Origin: Podarcis cretensis
Lineage: Eukaryota
Length of the DNA: 64,000 nucleotides
Direction: 5' to 3'
Assembly: GCA_951804945.1 (NCBI GenBank)
Contig: OX638153.1
Coordinates: 84,754,001 to 84,818,000 of the forward strand
Positions within the stretch are counted from its first letter, which is position 1; each line of letters begins with the position of its first letter. The position numbers and the translations under genes were made by a program. The notes beneath the pieces were generated by a model that made no database searches, was not told the origin of the DNA, and saw only the letters and a program-made list of their open reading frames with translations. Positions 11,513 through 24,542 of this stretch are shown one piece after another.

Positions 11513-13556
11513 TAAGAATGTGCTATAGGTGCTACGTGAATGGTCCCTTCTGATTTCCTCAAGTTACCAAATGATGTCACTTGAAATAACAGAATTAGAA
11601 GAAGCTTCACTCCAGAATGAATAAAATGGGAATCTGACACCCTCACTCTTTATGAATGCTCAGTTTCATTTGAAGTCACTTTTGCTGTCATTGGGGCCCA
11701 TTGATGTGCGATTTGATATAATGAGCTCTCTCTCTAGATTTCTTTTTAAATTCAGAGCATTTCTCCACTTCAGCTAGTCATTTATCATCTCATCAAATGA
11801 TGTGAAGGATTCCCTGTGCAATTTCATCATGCCTTATGCCTAATTCACAAAAAAAGTCTATTCAGGGTTTTCATACCTATAAGCCTAAAATAAAAGGCAA
11901 ATGACAGAAATATTTCATTTTGCAATTTCGGATTTTATTCATGATGCTAGTTTGCATCGATGAGAATCCAGGGTTTATGATTTGTGGGGAAAGTAGAAGA
12001 TTGAGCTCACCAACTTCTCTGCTGCCATCTCATTCTCGCCTAGCCCATTTCCACCCATCTGTCTTGTCCATTTAATGTAAGTTCTGTGAATAAGAGGCTG
12101 CACCACTACAATACAATGCTTCAACTCCTTAGAACTAAAGAAATGTTTGATTTCAGTTCCTTTCACAGTGAAAGTCCCATAACCTCAGAGAATTCAGGGA
12201 GATATACAAAGACTAAGCTGAAGGGGAAATAAGGACTTGATACCATCTAGTCCAGGCTTCTGGTCCCATAGAGGCCAACCAGAAGTCCTCATGCAAGACA
12301 TGAGGGTGAGTGCTTTCTCCCACTTATTTCCCCTAGCAACTGGTAATCTAAAGTAGACTAATGCAAAACTGTTGCCTGGTGAAACTTAAACCTTAAGAAG
12401 CTATGCCCCATATCCTGAGATGCCATCAAAACTCAAAATTAGGTGGCTCATATGCCAGAACTATCAGGTTCATAAATGGCTGAATGTGCACCAAGTCCAG
12501 TTATCTGTCTAACAGATCTTAAAATTACCATATTTCAAAATTAAATTAATTCTGAGTTCATTTCCAGATTTTTTTGTACATGCACTTTCCACATAACTAA
12601 TCGTCTAAATTCTGCATACTCAGGTGCTTCCCATGGGGTGGTGTTATTTTAACCCTTTTAGCTACTCTTTGTCAAATCAATTAGGTTTAAAGTTTGGATC
12701 TGAACTCCATCTACAGTTGATCACTTTTGAAGCAACAGTCAAACTTGCTGTAAGACAGGAAAACAATTTCTCAGAGAAGGAAGCTTTGTGATGCATGACA
12801 TCGCAATGTATGCCGTGAGTCTATTGCACTATAAATCACACATTGCCAGAATGAACTAACTTATTTGGTTGCTTATTATTATACTCTACCTTTCCTCCCT
12901 AAAGAGCCCCCCCCCCCAAATTGTATATGGTTACAAGATCTGGAAAAAACAGAGAACTTTCATCCAAGTTTTTAATGTGGGATTTGATGAACTGAGTACA
13001 GTTTCTGACGGGGGTAAGTTCACACGTCACTCTCCATAATCATTTATAGTAGGGTTTTGCCCAAAGTGACAATTTGAGATGAATTTGCTCTGTTGACCAA
13101 CCAGTCCGATAATGTTGAAGAGGAACAACAAGTTTTTCAATAACATTAGCAAACTTTGTGACCTAGTTCAACACGTCTTGAAGGGTTTCACCTAGAGCTC
13201 TTTTTAAAAGATCACTTTGTACAAACAACACATTTGAGGAACAAGATTTCTCAAAGAAGTACCAGATGTTAATACGTCCTGGGGGAGTTTTCCAAGTCTG
13301 CTTTTTGTTTCCTTTGACTAGCACAATAAAACAGGGCCAAATAAGCACATTTATGTAAATGTTTTTAATGTGTGTAATTCATACAGTCTGAGACCAGGTG
13401 GGCTTTTTGGCAAAGAATTAGAGTTACCCTAGTAGAACTTTTTCTCTGTCTGTACATTGCCTTGACCCGTTATTCTTGTATGAGTAGCCCTGAAGTGAGT
13501 TAAGCCTACTACTACTCAAACTTAATGTCATCGGTTCAGGTCATTCACTTTTAACC

Positions 13557-13695
13557 CAGCCTTTTCCAGCTTGGTGCTATCCAGATGTTTAAATCTATAT
13601 TTCCCATTGCCCCCTGATGACTGGCAATAATATCCAGGGCTGATGGGAGTTTTAGTCCAAAATATCTGGATGGAACCAGGTTGGAGAAGACTGCT
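13557..13695. mobile_element. Degenerate palindromic hAT-type MITE
   Basis: cagccttttccagcttggtgc...ggaaccaggttggagaagactg inverted arms. Similar decayed copies near 3472-3605, 18965-19060 and 27775-28010. Confidence 0.55.
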
Positions 13696-15739
13696 TTAAC
13701 CACTGGCAAATATAATTGTCTGCCAGGAGGAATTTGCAAACAACTGGTGGAGAAATGTCTCAGCAAGTTCAAACCCAGTATGCTGAACCTGCTGAATAAG
13801 AATACAAATGACAGAAGAACCAAAATCTAGGTACTCATTGGTATCCAAGCCCACTGCCCCACTAAAACCCTTGGCCAGCTGACTGGGAAAGGTCAGAAGA
13901 AACTACATTTATATTCCAATCTAGCTCTGAAAATATTTTTAATTGATTCCTAGAATATCATTTTGAATCATACATTTTGTAGAAGAAAAACAAACTGCAA
14001 TCTCGATAAAGGATATTAAAAGCAAACATTATGCCTTCCTCTGATCCCTTGAGAAATGTCTGTGATCCAGTTGGCTCTCATCCTGGCATCCAGAAACTTG
14101 AGAAGCTCTTGAGCATCTCAATATTCTGATGCCTAGACATGCTAAATAAAGTTCGGACCTCTCCATTGACATTCCTACTAGGTGACAGCAATCTTAGCTG
14201 TAAATTCCTTGGGACACTCAATTCAAAATGACATTTAGATCAGGAAATGAAGTGGCATCAAGTTGCACATTGAGTGTAGTTGCCCAGGTATGATTTAGCT
14301 CTAGGTCAGTCCAACTGTGAAGTTACCAGTGCATGAATCACATGTGAGAGCTGATGCAAGTTGAATCCCTGATGTGGACTGCGTGCAGAGTAGAAATGCT
14401 TTAGTGAATAGTCTTAAAATAGTTACAAAGAAATGTTACAAAATGCAAAGTAACACATTGCTCTTAAATAGCAAGAAATGTGCACCCCTCTTCTTTAGGG
14501 AGAGAAATTGCCAATGCAACCTATCATCACCACTGAACTTAGCCATTACTGCTAATGCTCTTGGCCCCACCGACAGACAAAGATACTGAGTTCTCAGTTT
14601 TCATCTTCCCTCTGCTTGACTTTCCAGCATGAGTCGCCAGTTAGCGTAAAGACTGGAAACATCCAACTTTTTCTGCCATGTTTGCTAGAGTGAAATCTCC
14701 TGCCCAATACAAACTTCTCGACTTTCCAAATATAAATCTTTATATAAGTTTTTCAAAGTTGAATGCATACAAACATTGCATTTCATGGATATACAATTTA
14801 TACCTGTAACATCACAGTGACCAAACTATCCCGGAACAGAGAAGGGCATAGTTGGTGTATCAACCTAAGTTGACAATAGGTGCTCCAATGCAATAGGTAC
14901 ATTGATGTGGGGCACCCATTTCTGACTAAAGGCCCCCTCCATGGTGTAAGGGTAGGGCACATCTGTGTATCCTCTGTGTAAAGAGGCAGGGCTGAGATCA
15001 GTGTATTTTCCCCTACACTTCAAATATGTATAATATATCAATGACAGCAGAGGCAGTTTTAGGCTAATGTGGCTGGTTTGGTCACACTGGGTGCCATGGT
15101 GAAGTGGGCACCAAAACAATACTGTAGAACAGAGCACAAGAAGGTGGTGCCAAATTTTAGCATCACACAGGGCACTACTGAAATATGAGAACCCAAAGTC
15201 CACCACTGATGGCAGAAGGTGTACACTGTTGCATTGACCCGAGAACCCAAGCCCTCTTTTTAAATAATGCTCCATTATACTCAGAAATTAAAGAATGCAT
15301 TGTTCTCATGCCCTCTGTAATGACTGGCCTCGTTAAAAACAAACAATTTGCAATAACTCCCAAGGCCGAATGAGTCATTCTGCAACCGCATTTATTTCAG
15401 GCCAATTCATTAGTCATGGTTAGCCAAGATAAGGAAGAAGGGTAGTTTTATGAGCAGCTACACTGCCTAAGACAGAAATTAACAGGTCTAGGAATTACGC
15501 AGAGCAGTTTTAGGCTATTGCCAAAGGATGTAAATTGTTTGTTATGGTTCATGATGGAAGAATGTACAACAACCAGCAGAGAAGACACCTGTTTGTATGT
15601 CCTGACAAAATAAAAAATATATAAATAGCAAGGACATGACTACCACCTGGAACAGTGAAGACCAGGTCATGGTTTGAGAATGCCCATAGCAAAGTGCTCT
15701 CTAGTGTGTGTTCTCCTATATTAATAGACCCCTAGTCAT

Positions 15740-16110
15740 GGGACGCGGGTGGCGCTGTGGTCTAAACCACTGAGCCTCTTGGGCTTGCCGATCAGAAGGT
15801 CGGCAGTTTGAATCCCTACGACAGGGTGAGTTCCCATTGCTCGGTCCCTGCTCCTGCCAACCTAGCAGTTCAAAAGCATGCCAAAAAGTGCAAGTAGATA
15901 AATAGGTACTACTCTGGTGGGAAGGTAAACATCATTTCCATGCGCTGCTCTGGTTTTAGTGTTCCGTTGTGCCAGAAGTGGCTTAGTCATGCTGGCCACA
16001 TGACTTGGAAAAACTGTCTGCGGACAAACATTGGCTTCCTCGGCCTGTAAAGCGAGATGAGCGCAGCAACCCCAGAGTGGACTTAACTGTCAGGGGTCCT
16101 TTACCTTTAC
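15740..16110 (+). mobile_element. Sauria SINE, full length, older subfamily
   Basis: gggacgcgggtggcgctgtgg head, cctttacctttac tail, imperfect TSD tagtcat/tagtaat. Confidence 0.9.
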
Positions 16111-16490
16111 TATTTTAGTAATGGGCTTAACTAGCAGTGGCAATGACTGGCAAGAGTAGTATGAGTTGCTGTGTAAAATTTCACACAGTGACCTGTGCCA
16201 ATGTTATACCAAGGGCTTACCTCCCCCCAGCCCCCAATATTTTATTGAGTTTGGTACCCCTAGTACAGAGACATAGAGCAAAACTTTCTCTACTATGGCA
16301 CCCTGGGTGTAGAATTCCCCACAGAAATTTGACTGTCCTCTGCGTTAGTGCTTAGTGTCAGGCCAATGGTATTGGTGGAGAGTTTTTGCACAAGCTGTTG
16401 AACTGTTTGCAATTTCTCATTCTTAATTTAATTCTGTCCGTCTCTCTCACTATCTCAATGTTCTATATTGTTATATGGTTTTTATACATA

Positions 16491-16733
16491 CAGTTGTACC
16501 TTGGAAGTTGAACAGCTTAGTTCCAGAATGTTTTGGCTCCTGAACGTCGCAAACCCAGAAGTGACTGTTTTGGTTTGCAAACTACTTTGTGGAAGCTGAA
16601 CGTCTGACAGGGCTCCTGAGGCTTCTGATTGGCTGCAGCCAATCAGAAGCCACGCTTTGTTTTGTTTTTTGAATGTTTTGGAAGTCGAATGGACTTCCGG
16701 AACTGATTCCGTTCGACTTCCAAGGTGTGGCTG
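16491..16733. mobile_element. Tc1/mariner MITE
   Basis: TA|CAGTTGTACCTTGGAAGTTGAA...TTCGACTTCCAAGGTGTGGCTG|TA, with central palindrome gcttctgattggctgcagccaatcagaagc. Confidence 0.8.
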
Positions 16734-16744
16734 TATTTTACATT

Positions 16745-16907
16745 TCATATGCAGAAGGTTCCAGGATCAATCCGTGGCTTATCCAGGAAGGGCCTGGATT
16801 TCCCTTCCCTGAAATCCTGTAGAGTCATTGCCAGCCTATGTGGACAATATTGTGCTAGATGGACTTTTGGCCTGACTTGATGTTAGGCAATTTCCTATGT
16901 TGCTATG
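16745..16907 (+). mobile_element. tRNA-derived SINE (Squam2-like)
   Basis: gcagaaggttccaggatcaatcc head remnant and ttcctatg tail. Confidence 0.6.
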
Positions 16908-16928
16908 TACCTCCCAAGGAATTTTAAA

Positions 16929-17100
16929 TAGGAAGCTGCCATATGCCACATCAAACTATTGGCTCATCTAACTCAGTATTGTCTGGCAGCAGCTTTCCAG
17001 AATTTCAGGTCTCTTCCACCCTGACTTGGAGACGCCATTGATTGAACCTAGGACCTTCTGCGTGCAAAGCAGATGTTCTACCACTGAGCCATGATGCCCT
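16929..17100 (-). mobile_element. tRNA-derived SINE (Squam2-like), tail-to-tail with the previous copy
   Basis: Reverse complement reads gctcagtggtagaacatctgctttgcacgcagaaggtcctaggttcaat (A and B boxes)...ggcagcttcctat. A further remnant lies at about 33520-33650. Confidence 0.65.
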
Positions 17101-17506
17101 TGTTGGGATTTTGCCTACGTGCAGCTTCACACACAGCAATTAAGAGTTGGCCAAAGGCCAAGAAGACTGAGCAGAGGGAGTTAGTCTGCCTAGAGATACA
17201 GGGGACCTTGGATACAGCTCTACTATTGGTTGAGGCCTCCACACAGGCATGATGACTCATGACCTTGCTTACTGGATAGTGTGTTGGTAAGTGTGGTGTT
17301 CTGAGAGTCATTTGGAGTTTGTTAAGAGAGCTAGTTAAGATCCATATATGTTCATGTATATAGTAACTTGTGAGTGTACTGTAAATAATAAACACCTCTA
17401 AGAAACCAAGTTACTTGTTGTCTCCTTCCTGCCTGCAACTGATTGCCTCTGGAAGTCTGCGTATGCTCTGCTATATTCAACTGGGTCTGGCAAAGATCCT
17501 GCAACA
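17101..17506 (+). mobile_element. LTR, possibly Copia-type
   Basis: TGTTG...CAACA termini, AATAAA near 17386, followed by GGTTA. No TSD. Confidence 0.6.
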
Positions 17507-18319
17507 GGTTAAAGTTGCGAAACACCAATAGCCCTTACCTTCAAGCCTTGGGTGGAAGGGTAGAATACAAATTAAATCAACAATTTAAAAAAAAAAGATG
17601 ATAATATAGAATAACACGAGGGAAAGTCATAAGTCCTTTGTCGGAGGAGCTTACAGTTGGGGGAAAAGGGGAGACAATGAAGGGAGGGCAGAGGAAGAAA
17701 ATATAGAAAGAGCCAATAAAAGAGAGAAAGGGGGAGAGAGGAGTCATGACAAAGGGTAAGAAAGGGTTGACATGAGAAGATGCATTTCCAGCAATGAGGG
17801 CCGCAGTCAGGACTTCAAACCTGTAGGTGGTCAGTCAACTAAGCCAGTTTGACAAGAAAGGTCAGTGCGTAGGTGAACAGCAAGAAGCACTCTGCATCAA
17901 ATTGTGGCGATTCTTTGAGGTTATCTGAAATTACTGTGATGGGAAAGAAAGGAGTGGTGTGGTGCGTGTTAATAAAACACTATAAGCACTTGAGGTTCCT
18001 CAGTGAGGAGAGATTTAAGTCTATGCTTAAGGCTACCATGCTAAACACACTTTCTAGGGAGTAAGTCCCACTGAGCACAGAAAGACCTGCTTTTGGATAA
18101 AAACGTGATTATGCTGCTGCTGTAAATCCCGATTGGAAGCCAATGGGATTTGAAAGTTTCTAACTTATACTCTTTTTACCAAGGAAACCTCTAGGATATT
18201 TTTTTCCAACTTTTTTTCTTGGGAAAAAAAAATGTTTCTGGGCCAAACTAGGTGATATGCTGCAGATAAGACCATAAGAAGTTGAACATATGGAAATCTC
18301 ACAAGCAGAACCTGAACGC

Positions 18320-18320
<1 letters not shown>

Positions 18321-18364
<44 letters not shown>

Positions 18365-18685
18365 TTATTACTTATACCCCGCCCATCTGGCTGAGTTTCC
18401 CAAGCCACTCTGGGCGGCTTCCAAAAGGTGTTAAAAACAATACAGCATTAAATATTAAAAACTTCCCTAAACAGGGCTGCCTTCAGATGTCTTTTAAAGA
18501 TAAGATAGCTGCTTATTTCCTTCATATCTGAAGGGAGGGCATTCCACAGGGTGGGTGCCACTACCGAGAAGACCCTCTGTCTGGTTCCCTGTAACCTCAC
18601 TTCTCACAATGAGGGAACCGCCAGAAGGCCCTCAGCGCTGGATCTCAGTGTCCGGGCTGAACGATGGGGGTGGAGAGTGGTCTCC
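18321..18685 (-). mobile_element. L2 LINE 3' end with (ATT)n tail
   Basis: About 14 AAT units, then reverse-complement L2 3' region; same family as 49366-49740. Confidence 0.8.
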
Positions 18686-19971
18686 TGACTTGCAATTCAC
18701 AGCCACTGGGTGGCTACGTAGATAAGTGTGCTGTGGGGGTGATTTGGAATGGCACCTTGGCAAAGAGGGATAGTGGACCGAGGAGACAGGACTTATTCCC
18801 TTCTCCCTGCACCCTTTCATGAATGAGAACCAGTAGGAAAATATTACGTGTATCTTGTCTATGATTGCAAAGACCACCTTAGGAACAGAGGGTATTTCCA
18901 TTAGGGAAACAATTAATACCTCATCTCTGTATGCTGTGGTTCCCATTAAGACCATCAGCTCTACCAGGGTGGGGGTAGTGTAGCCCTCCAGTATTGTTGG
19001 ACTCCCATTTCTATCAACACCAGCCAGCATGGCTAGTGGTCAGGGGCAATGGGAGCTGAAAACACTGGTTCCACAAGCAAGCATGTCACCAACATCCCCT
19101 TTGATAACTGCCTCACTGCAGCTGCCTAAAACTTTCACGAACAAAGAGAGGAAGGTCATTTAAAGGAGCTGAACAATTTGCAGATGCCTGCCCTCCTCCC
19201 AGTATCAACAGTCTGGTTCCCAAACTTATTTTGTCAAACAACAGCAGGTTCAAATACGCTTAATTATGAGAGTCTCTGACAGCTTGTCAGTGCGCAAGCC
19301 AGAACTTTATAAAATTGTCAAACATTCATCTCCAGTTATGGGTTTTTTTGCCTCAAGTCCAAAACACAAATTTATTGAAACAGCTAAGTGGTTTTTGTTA
19401 CCATTCCACAATATTAAATAGGTGTGGACAGCCATCCTGTTAAGATACGAAAGCCAGCAAATTCCAAGTAAAGTGAAGAAAATATTATTTATAGCAAAAT
19501 TCAACACCTCTCATTTTCTAGTGTCCCTCCCCCTATAAATACTCACCATTGTAACCGGTCTGAACAGTACTGACCGTACTATTATTTTTAGTGGTAGTGG
19601 CAATATATGCTGTGCTGTTTTTATTGTAATTATCTGTATGCTATATGTGTGCGTCTGTGTGTTCTTTTAACTCTACCAATGTTTATTTTTTATGTTTTAA
19701 ACTGTTCTTTTTATCTGTAATCTGCCTTGAGTCTCTGTTATTTTATTATAAAATAATAAAATTCTAAGGGAATTTCAAAAGTCAGCTTCCTCTGGACCCC
19801 ATCCACAACACACCCAGAGAGTGAAAGCAAGATAAATAGAGTCTATTTCTACTTGTCCTTAGTCCTGTTACTGCTCCCTTGCTTGGAGAGGACAAGTAGA
19901 AACAACACACAGCAGGCAGTGATGTCAGTGGGCTTTGGGATATCGGGTCCTCCCTTAAAGAGGCCATGTAT

Positions 19972-20727
19972 TGTGGTGAGACCTGGAAAAACTAACACCC
20001 TGTGTTGTGGGTGGGTACAATTGGACAGCCACATCACCCGATTGGTAGGTCCCTCAAGGCTGGGTACAATCTGCCCAATGGGACACAGTCCAAATGGTTC
20101 GAGGGACCTATTTATGCCCATGCACATGACCCAGAGCTTCCTCTTTTGGTGCGTGCATTTGGAACACCCGCCAACCTCTCCCTATATTTAGGACTTTTAT
20201 GCTTGACCTTGCTATGCCGTCGTGTGCCGTCTGTCATTGGGGCAGGGGCACGGCAGGAATTTCCCCACTTGGCTGATTGGCCGGTACCATTTGGGTTTCG
20301 CCTGCTGCATAGCAAATCGTCACAACTTGTAAGGTTGCAGATAGGCTCTGGTTCAGGTGATAGGGATGGGAGAACGCTCTTGCCATCCCCATGTGAAGGG
20401 TATTCCATTAAAAGAATCCAGTGACTCGATGGTTTGGTCAACCCCTGAGAGGGGGTTGTGCCCGTGCCTTCCAGGGGGACATTTGGGTGGCAGAATTAAC
20501 CCATTCCCGGCTTTCTGCTTATCCGGGTGTTCACCCTCAGCTGACCTATGCTGGAACCCTGGGCCAGTGCTATCTGCATGGCAGGGAGCTAGTTGGACCA
20601 GAGCCTATGCAACCAGTGACTTTCTGTAATCAATAAAGCTGTGGCCTAAATTCTGCCAAAAACCAAAGTAAAATTTGAGTCAAGTGTGAATTTATTTAGG
20701 GAGGAGGTTTCTGGGTCTGAACATGCA
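19972..20727 (+). mobile_element. Unclassified LTR-like or DIRS-like repeat
   Basis: GC-richer island with imperfect inverted ends (gagacctggaa / ttctgggtct) and AATAAA at 20632 followed by gctgtggcc. No TSD found. Confidence 0.35.
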
Positions 20728-22004
20728 AATGACAGTGGGCCCCTGTTGGAGTGTGGGCCTTGACAGGTGCTATTTGTTTAGGGGGCTGTCATTCAGATTT
20801 TTTAAATTTTAAACTCCAATGACTAAATAATCTAAAGCTTAGATAGGCTAAAAGAAGGTCTCTTCATGATGGTCTTTAATAACTCAATGAAAAGCTTTTG
20901 GATGCCTTCACAACAGTAAGCAATGTGAAGATGTCTTAAAATATAAAAGAAGGAATATTTCAAATACTCAGATCCCAATTAGAGCCTGCAAAGCATTTGT
21001 TTCCTAGAATGGAAAAGAGAAAGATGGTATTCTGTCAGTTCGTTTAAATGAAGCATTCCCCAAAAGGCCTAGCAATGGTATTTTTGTGAGTTCCCTTCAC
21101 TTACTTCTTTGCAGCTTTCATTTCATCTGATTTGTCTATCTTTTTGTCAGTTTTTTTTTAACTTCACTCATGTCTGGAAAACGGTACTGAATAAAGATAA
21201 TGAATAAAGTAATGGAAAAGGCATAACCTAGCAACTTCTAGTGTTGGTTGACAAGCATTTTCTTCCATGATAAATAAAGCTTTGCCTTGCAAGGGTTTAG
21301 CAGAGCATACCGCTGACTGTGATTGATCGTACCGGTTAGTGTCACTCATTTACTTCCAAAGGCTTTCTGAAGAACACCAAAAGTCAAGAAGAAAAATGAG
21401 GATAAAAATGTATTTTAAAATAAATAAAAAAGTAACTAAGTTGTCATCGTGGATTTAAACTTAAAATAAGTCACATGAGGAAACCACAGACAGAAATAGC
21501 CTCGTTCCAAGAAAACATGCCTTGATTAATATTCATATAAGTAACTGCAGAGAAGTAAATTGGCCAAGAATCAAAAGTTGTATTGAGATACTGAGAAACT
21601 TTTACATGGACAAAATAGCTTTGTCAGCCCCAAATCATCCCACTACTATGATTGCATACAGGGCTAGTCCAACATAATTGCTGCCTGAGACAGAACAACA
21701 AATGTCAACCCCCCCCCCCCAACACACATCCTAAATCAAGATGGCCATCTGAGTCAGAAAAGCGTCACAGGCTACTCTCTGTGGGGATATAATTACAATA
21801 AAAATACATTAGTTAATAAGTCAATATCGTCTCATGGATATTCTGACCCTGTGGAATTCTTCTGACAGGCCTTATGTTTTCAACCAATCAAGAATAAGTC
21901 ATTGTTTTGTCCCTCCCTTTTTGCTTTTTGGGGAGCCCTCATTGCTACACTTCAGGGCTTAGCTGTCTCCCAAGACTCACTAAAAGTTAAATCTCTGACC
22001 AATA

Positions 22005-22323
22005 CAGTGGTGCCTCGCAAGACGAAATTAATCTGTTCCGCGAGTCTCTTCGTCTTGCGGTTTTTTCGTCTTGCGAAGCACGGCTGTTAGCGGCTTAGCG
22101 GATTAGCGCTATTAGTGGTTTAGCGGTTTAGCGGCTATTAGCGGCTTAGCGGCTTAGAAAAAAGGGGGGAAGGGGAAAAACTCGCAAGAACTCGCAAGAC
22201 GTTTCGTCTTGCGAAGCAAGCCCATAGGGAAATTTGTCTTGCGAAGCACCTCAAAAGACGGAAAACTCTTTCGTCTAGCGAGTTTTTCGTCTTGCGAGGC
22301 ATTCGTCTTGCGGGGCACCACTG
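22005..22323 (+). mobile_element. Young CpG-rich Tc1/mariner MITE with internal (TTAGCGG)n array
   Basis: TA|CAGTGGTGCCTCGCAAGACG...CGTCTTGCGGGGCACCACTG|TA. Confidence 0.9.
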
Positions 22324-22829
22324 TATAGCATATGAGAATGCTGGTGATGGAGCTTGGTCAGTGTTCCTTGATTTGAAAATGAGTGTGTTGCTCACCTATC
22401 TCATCTAGGAAATGTTGAGTTGTGATTCACCTATGCTGATTTCATAATGTTTGGGTAGAGGAAGTGTCTGGTGACACTGAAAAGCATTTCCTTGTCTTAA
22501 CATGGCCCAAGTTGAACACATTAGCTTAAATTCTGTTCCAAACAGGAGACACTTGGCTGCTTACAAATATGTATCATTGTCCTAGATTCTGGTTTGAGAC
22601 TGTGCAGCTAATGAGGTAGCACATCTTGAGGATAGGGTGAGCTAGCCTGACTTTACTCAACTAACCTCTCACATGTGCTTTCCATCTGCAGAGTGGGGTT
22701 GTCTGAACCTCTTAATGTTGCAGTGGGGACAAGAAGCACGAGGGACTCAGGTTTTCTTTCCCCTCCAACATCAGAAACAGAACCTTAGCATCTCTCAAAT
22801 TTGGAAAGAAAGGTAGGAATGGCCAGCAC

Positions 22830-23405
22830 CTTGGGTAGCATTAACAGAGGATTAGACAAGTTCATGCAAGATAAAGCTATCCTTAGACAGTAGTGTAGCG
22901 TGGGTTGCCAGTGCCTGGGGATGCACAGAGGATGGGCCTGGGAAAAAGGGAAACAGACGGAGTATACATGCACACTCAACTGCCTAACTGCGTCCAGGTC
23001 ACCCAGGAAATCGCAGCCACAGAGATAAGAAGAGTCTGGAGAGGACATTTCCTGGTTTGCATGGAGAAGTCATTTTCAATGGAGCCCCATGGCAGAAGCA
23101 CACAGCTGTATTGAGGCACCACCAGGTGTTGAAATTTTGAGTCCCTAGCAACTTTGTGCCCAGGGCAACCCTAAAATCCAAAACGCTACTTTTCTTGGCT
23201 ACTAGCCACAATTTCTTTGTCCTGTCTCTACCATCAACAGTGAAATGCTTTTGAATACCAGTTGCTGGGAATTGCAAATGAAGAGAGCATTATTGCACTC
23301 AAATCCTGCTTCTGCAAGCTTCTCACGGGCATCTGGTTGACCACTATGAGAACAGGATCCTAGCAGACAGGCCTTTGGTCTGATCCAGCAGAGCTCTTAT
23401 GTTCT
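22830..23405 (+). mobile_element. Old CR1 3' fragment interrupted by a hAT-type element at about 22888-23190
   Basis: The CR1 ggattagacaagttcatg...aagctatc|...|ggctactagcc is split by an insert beginning cagtagtgtagcgtgggttgcc. Confidence 0.6.
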
Positions 23406-24542
23406 CATGTAAGGGTGGGGAGGGGGAAATAGAAAATTGATCTTCCTCAAACTACTCTGTAGGACAGCGATTTCTCAGCCATGCAGATTCTGGGACAGTC
23501 AGAATCTGTGGAACTTGAAACCCTCTATCCAAATACATTTCCATCTAATGAACTCCAGTTCCATTGACTAAAGGCTAAAGTGACTAATGGAGCAACAGAA
23601 ACTGGCTATTGGCAAGGCTTTGACGCCCACTCATTGGAATCTTATTTACAGCTTAGAGGTATTTGCTTTCTTCTGCCCTTTAGGGAATGTAATGTCTGAG
23701 CTGCAGGAAATCATGTAATTATTGAAAAATCAAGACCCCTGAAGCATATCCTGAAGGCCACAAAATAAAATTTAAAAAATTACACCCTCCAAAGCATGAG
23801 AAACACTGAGACAGCTGCAGATCAAGAATGTGTCACATGATATCACTTCCTATCATCTCTTCATTAATAACCACTTTCCAGGCAGCATTTTTTCTCTGTA
23901 ATAAAATAAATTCATCAATGAGGCTGACGTCTTATGCTCAACCTTATGAGTCTTCCGAAAAAGGTGTATAGGATTGCACATATTAAGTGGGGAGGGACCA
24001 GTTATCAATGCATAGCACCTCTGAATTCATCAGGTAATTGCTTTGCTTATATTATTATACAGAAAGGTGATGCAAAATGTCAGAATTAGCAGTATTTGTT
24101 TATATCCCAAACTTCTTCCAAGGAATTATCCCCCCTCTCATTTACAAACTCATAAGAACTTTTTGTGGTGGTCAAGGGACACAGAATGAACTTTATGACT
24201 TTGATTTGAACTTGTGTCTGCCCATTCCTCGTCCAACACCATAATCTAACTTTCCACTACCTGGTGCTCTCTAGATGTTTTCAGACTGCAAATCTCATCT
24301 GCCCCAGCAACTGAGGCCATTGGTCAGGGATTTTAACAGAATGAATATAAAAAGATCCCTGCTGGATCAGAACAAATGCCTATTAGATTCAGCATGTTTT
24401 CCCACAATAGCCAACCAGATGTATAGGAGGAGCCCACAGCCAGGGCATAAGAACAGTGGCCTTCTCTCCTTGTGGTACTTCAGTGACAGGTATTCAGAGG
24501 ATGTTGTCTCTGGTCCTGGAAGTTGTACACAGCCTTCCGGAC

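Noticed and set aside
22080-22160. Regularly repeated units resembling a CRISPR array or non-vertebrate telomere
   Set aside because: No unique spacers, vertebrate context, and it is an internal minisatellite of a MITE.
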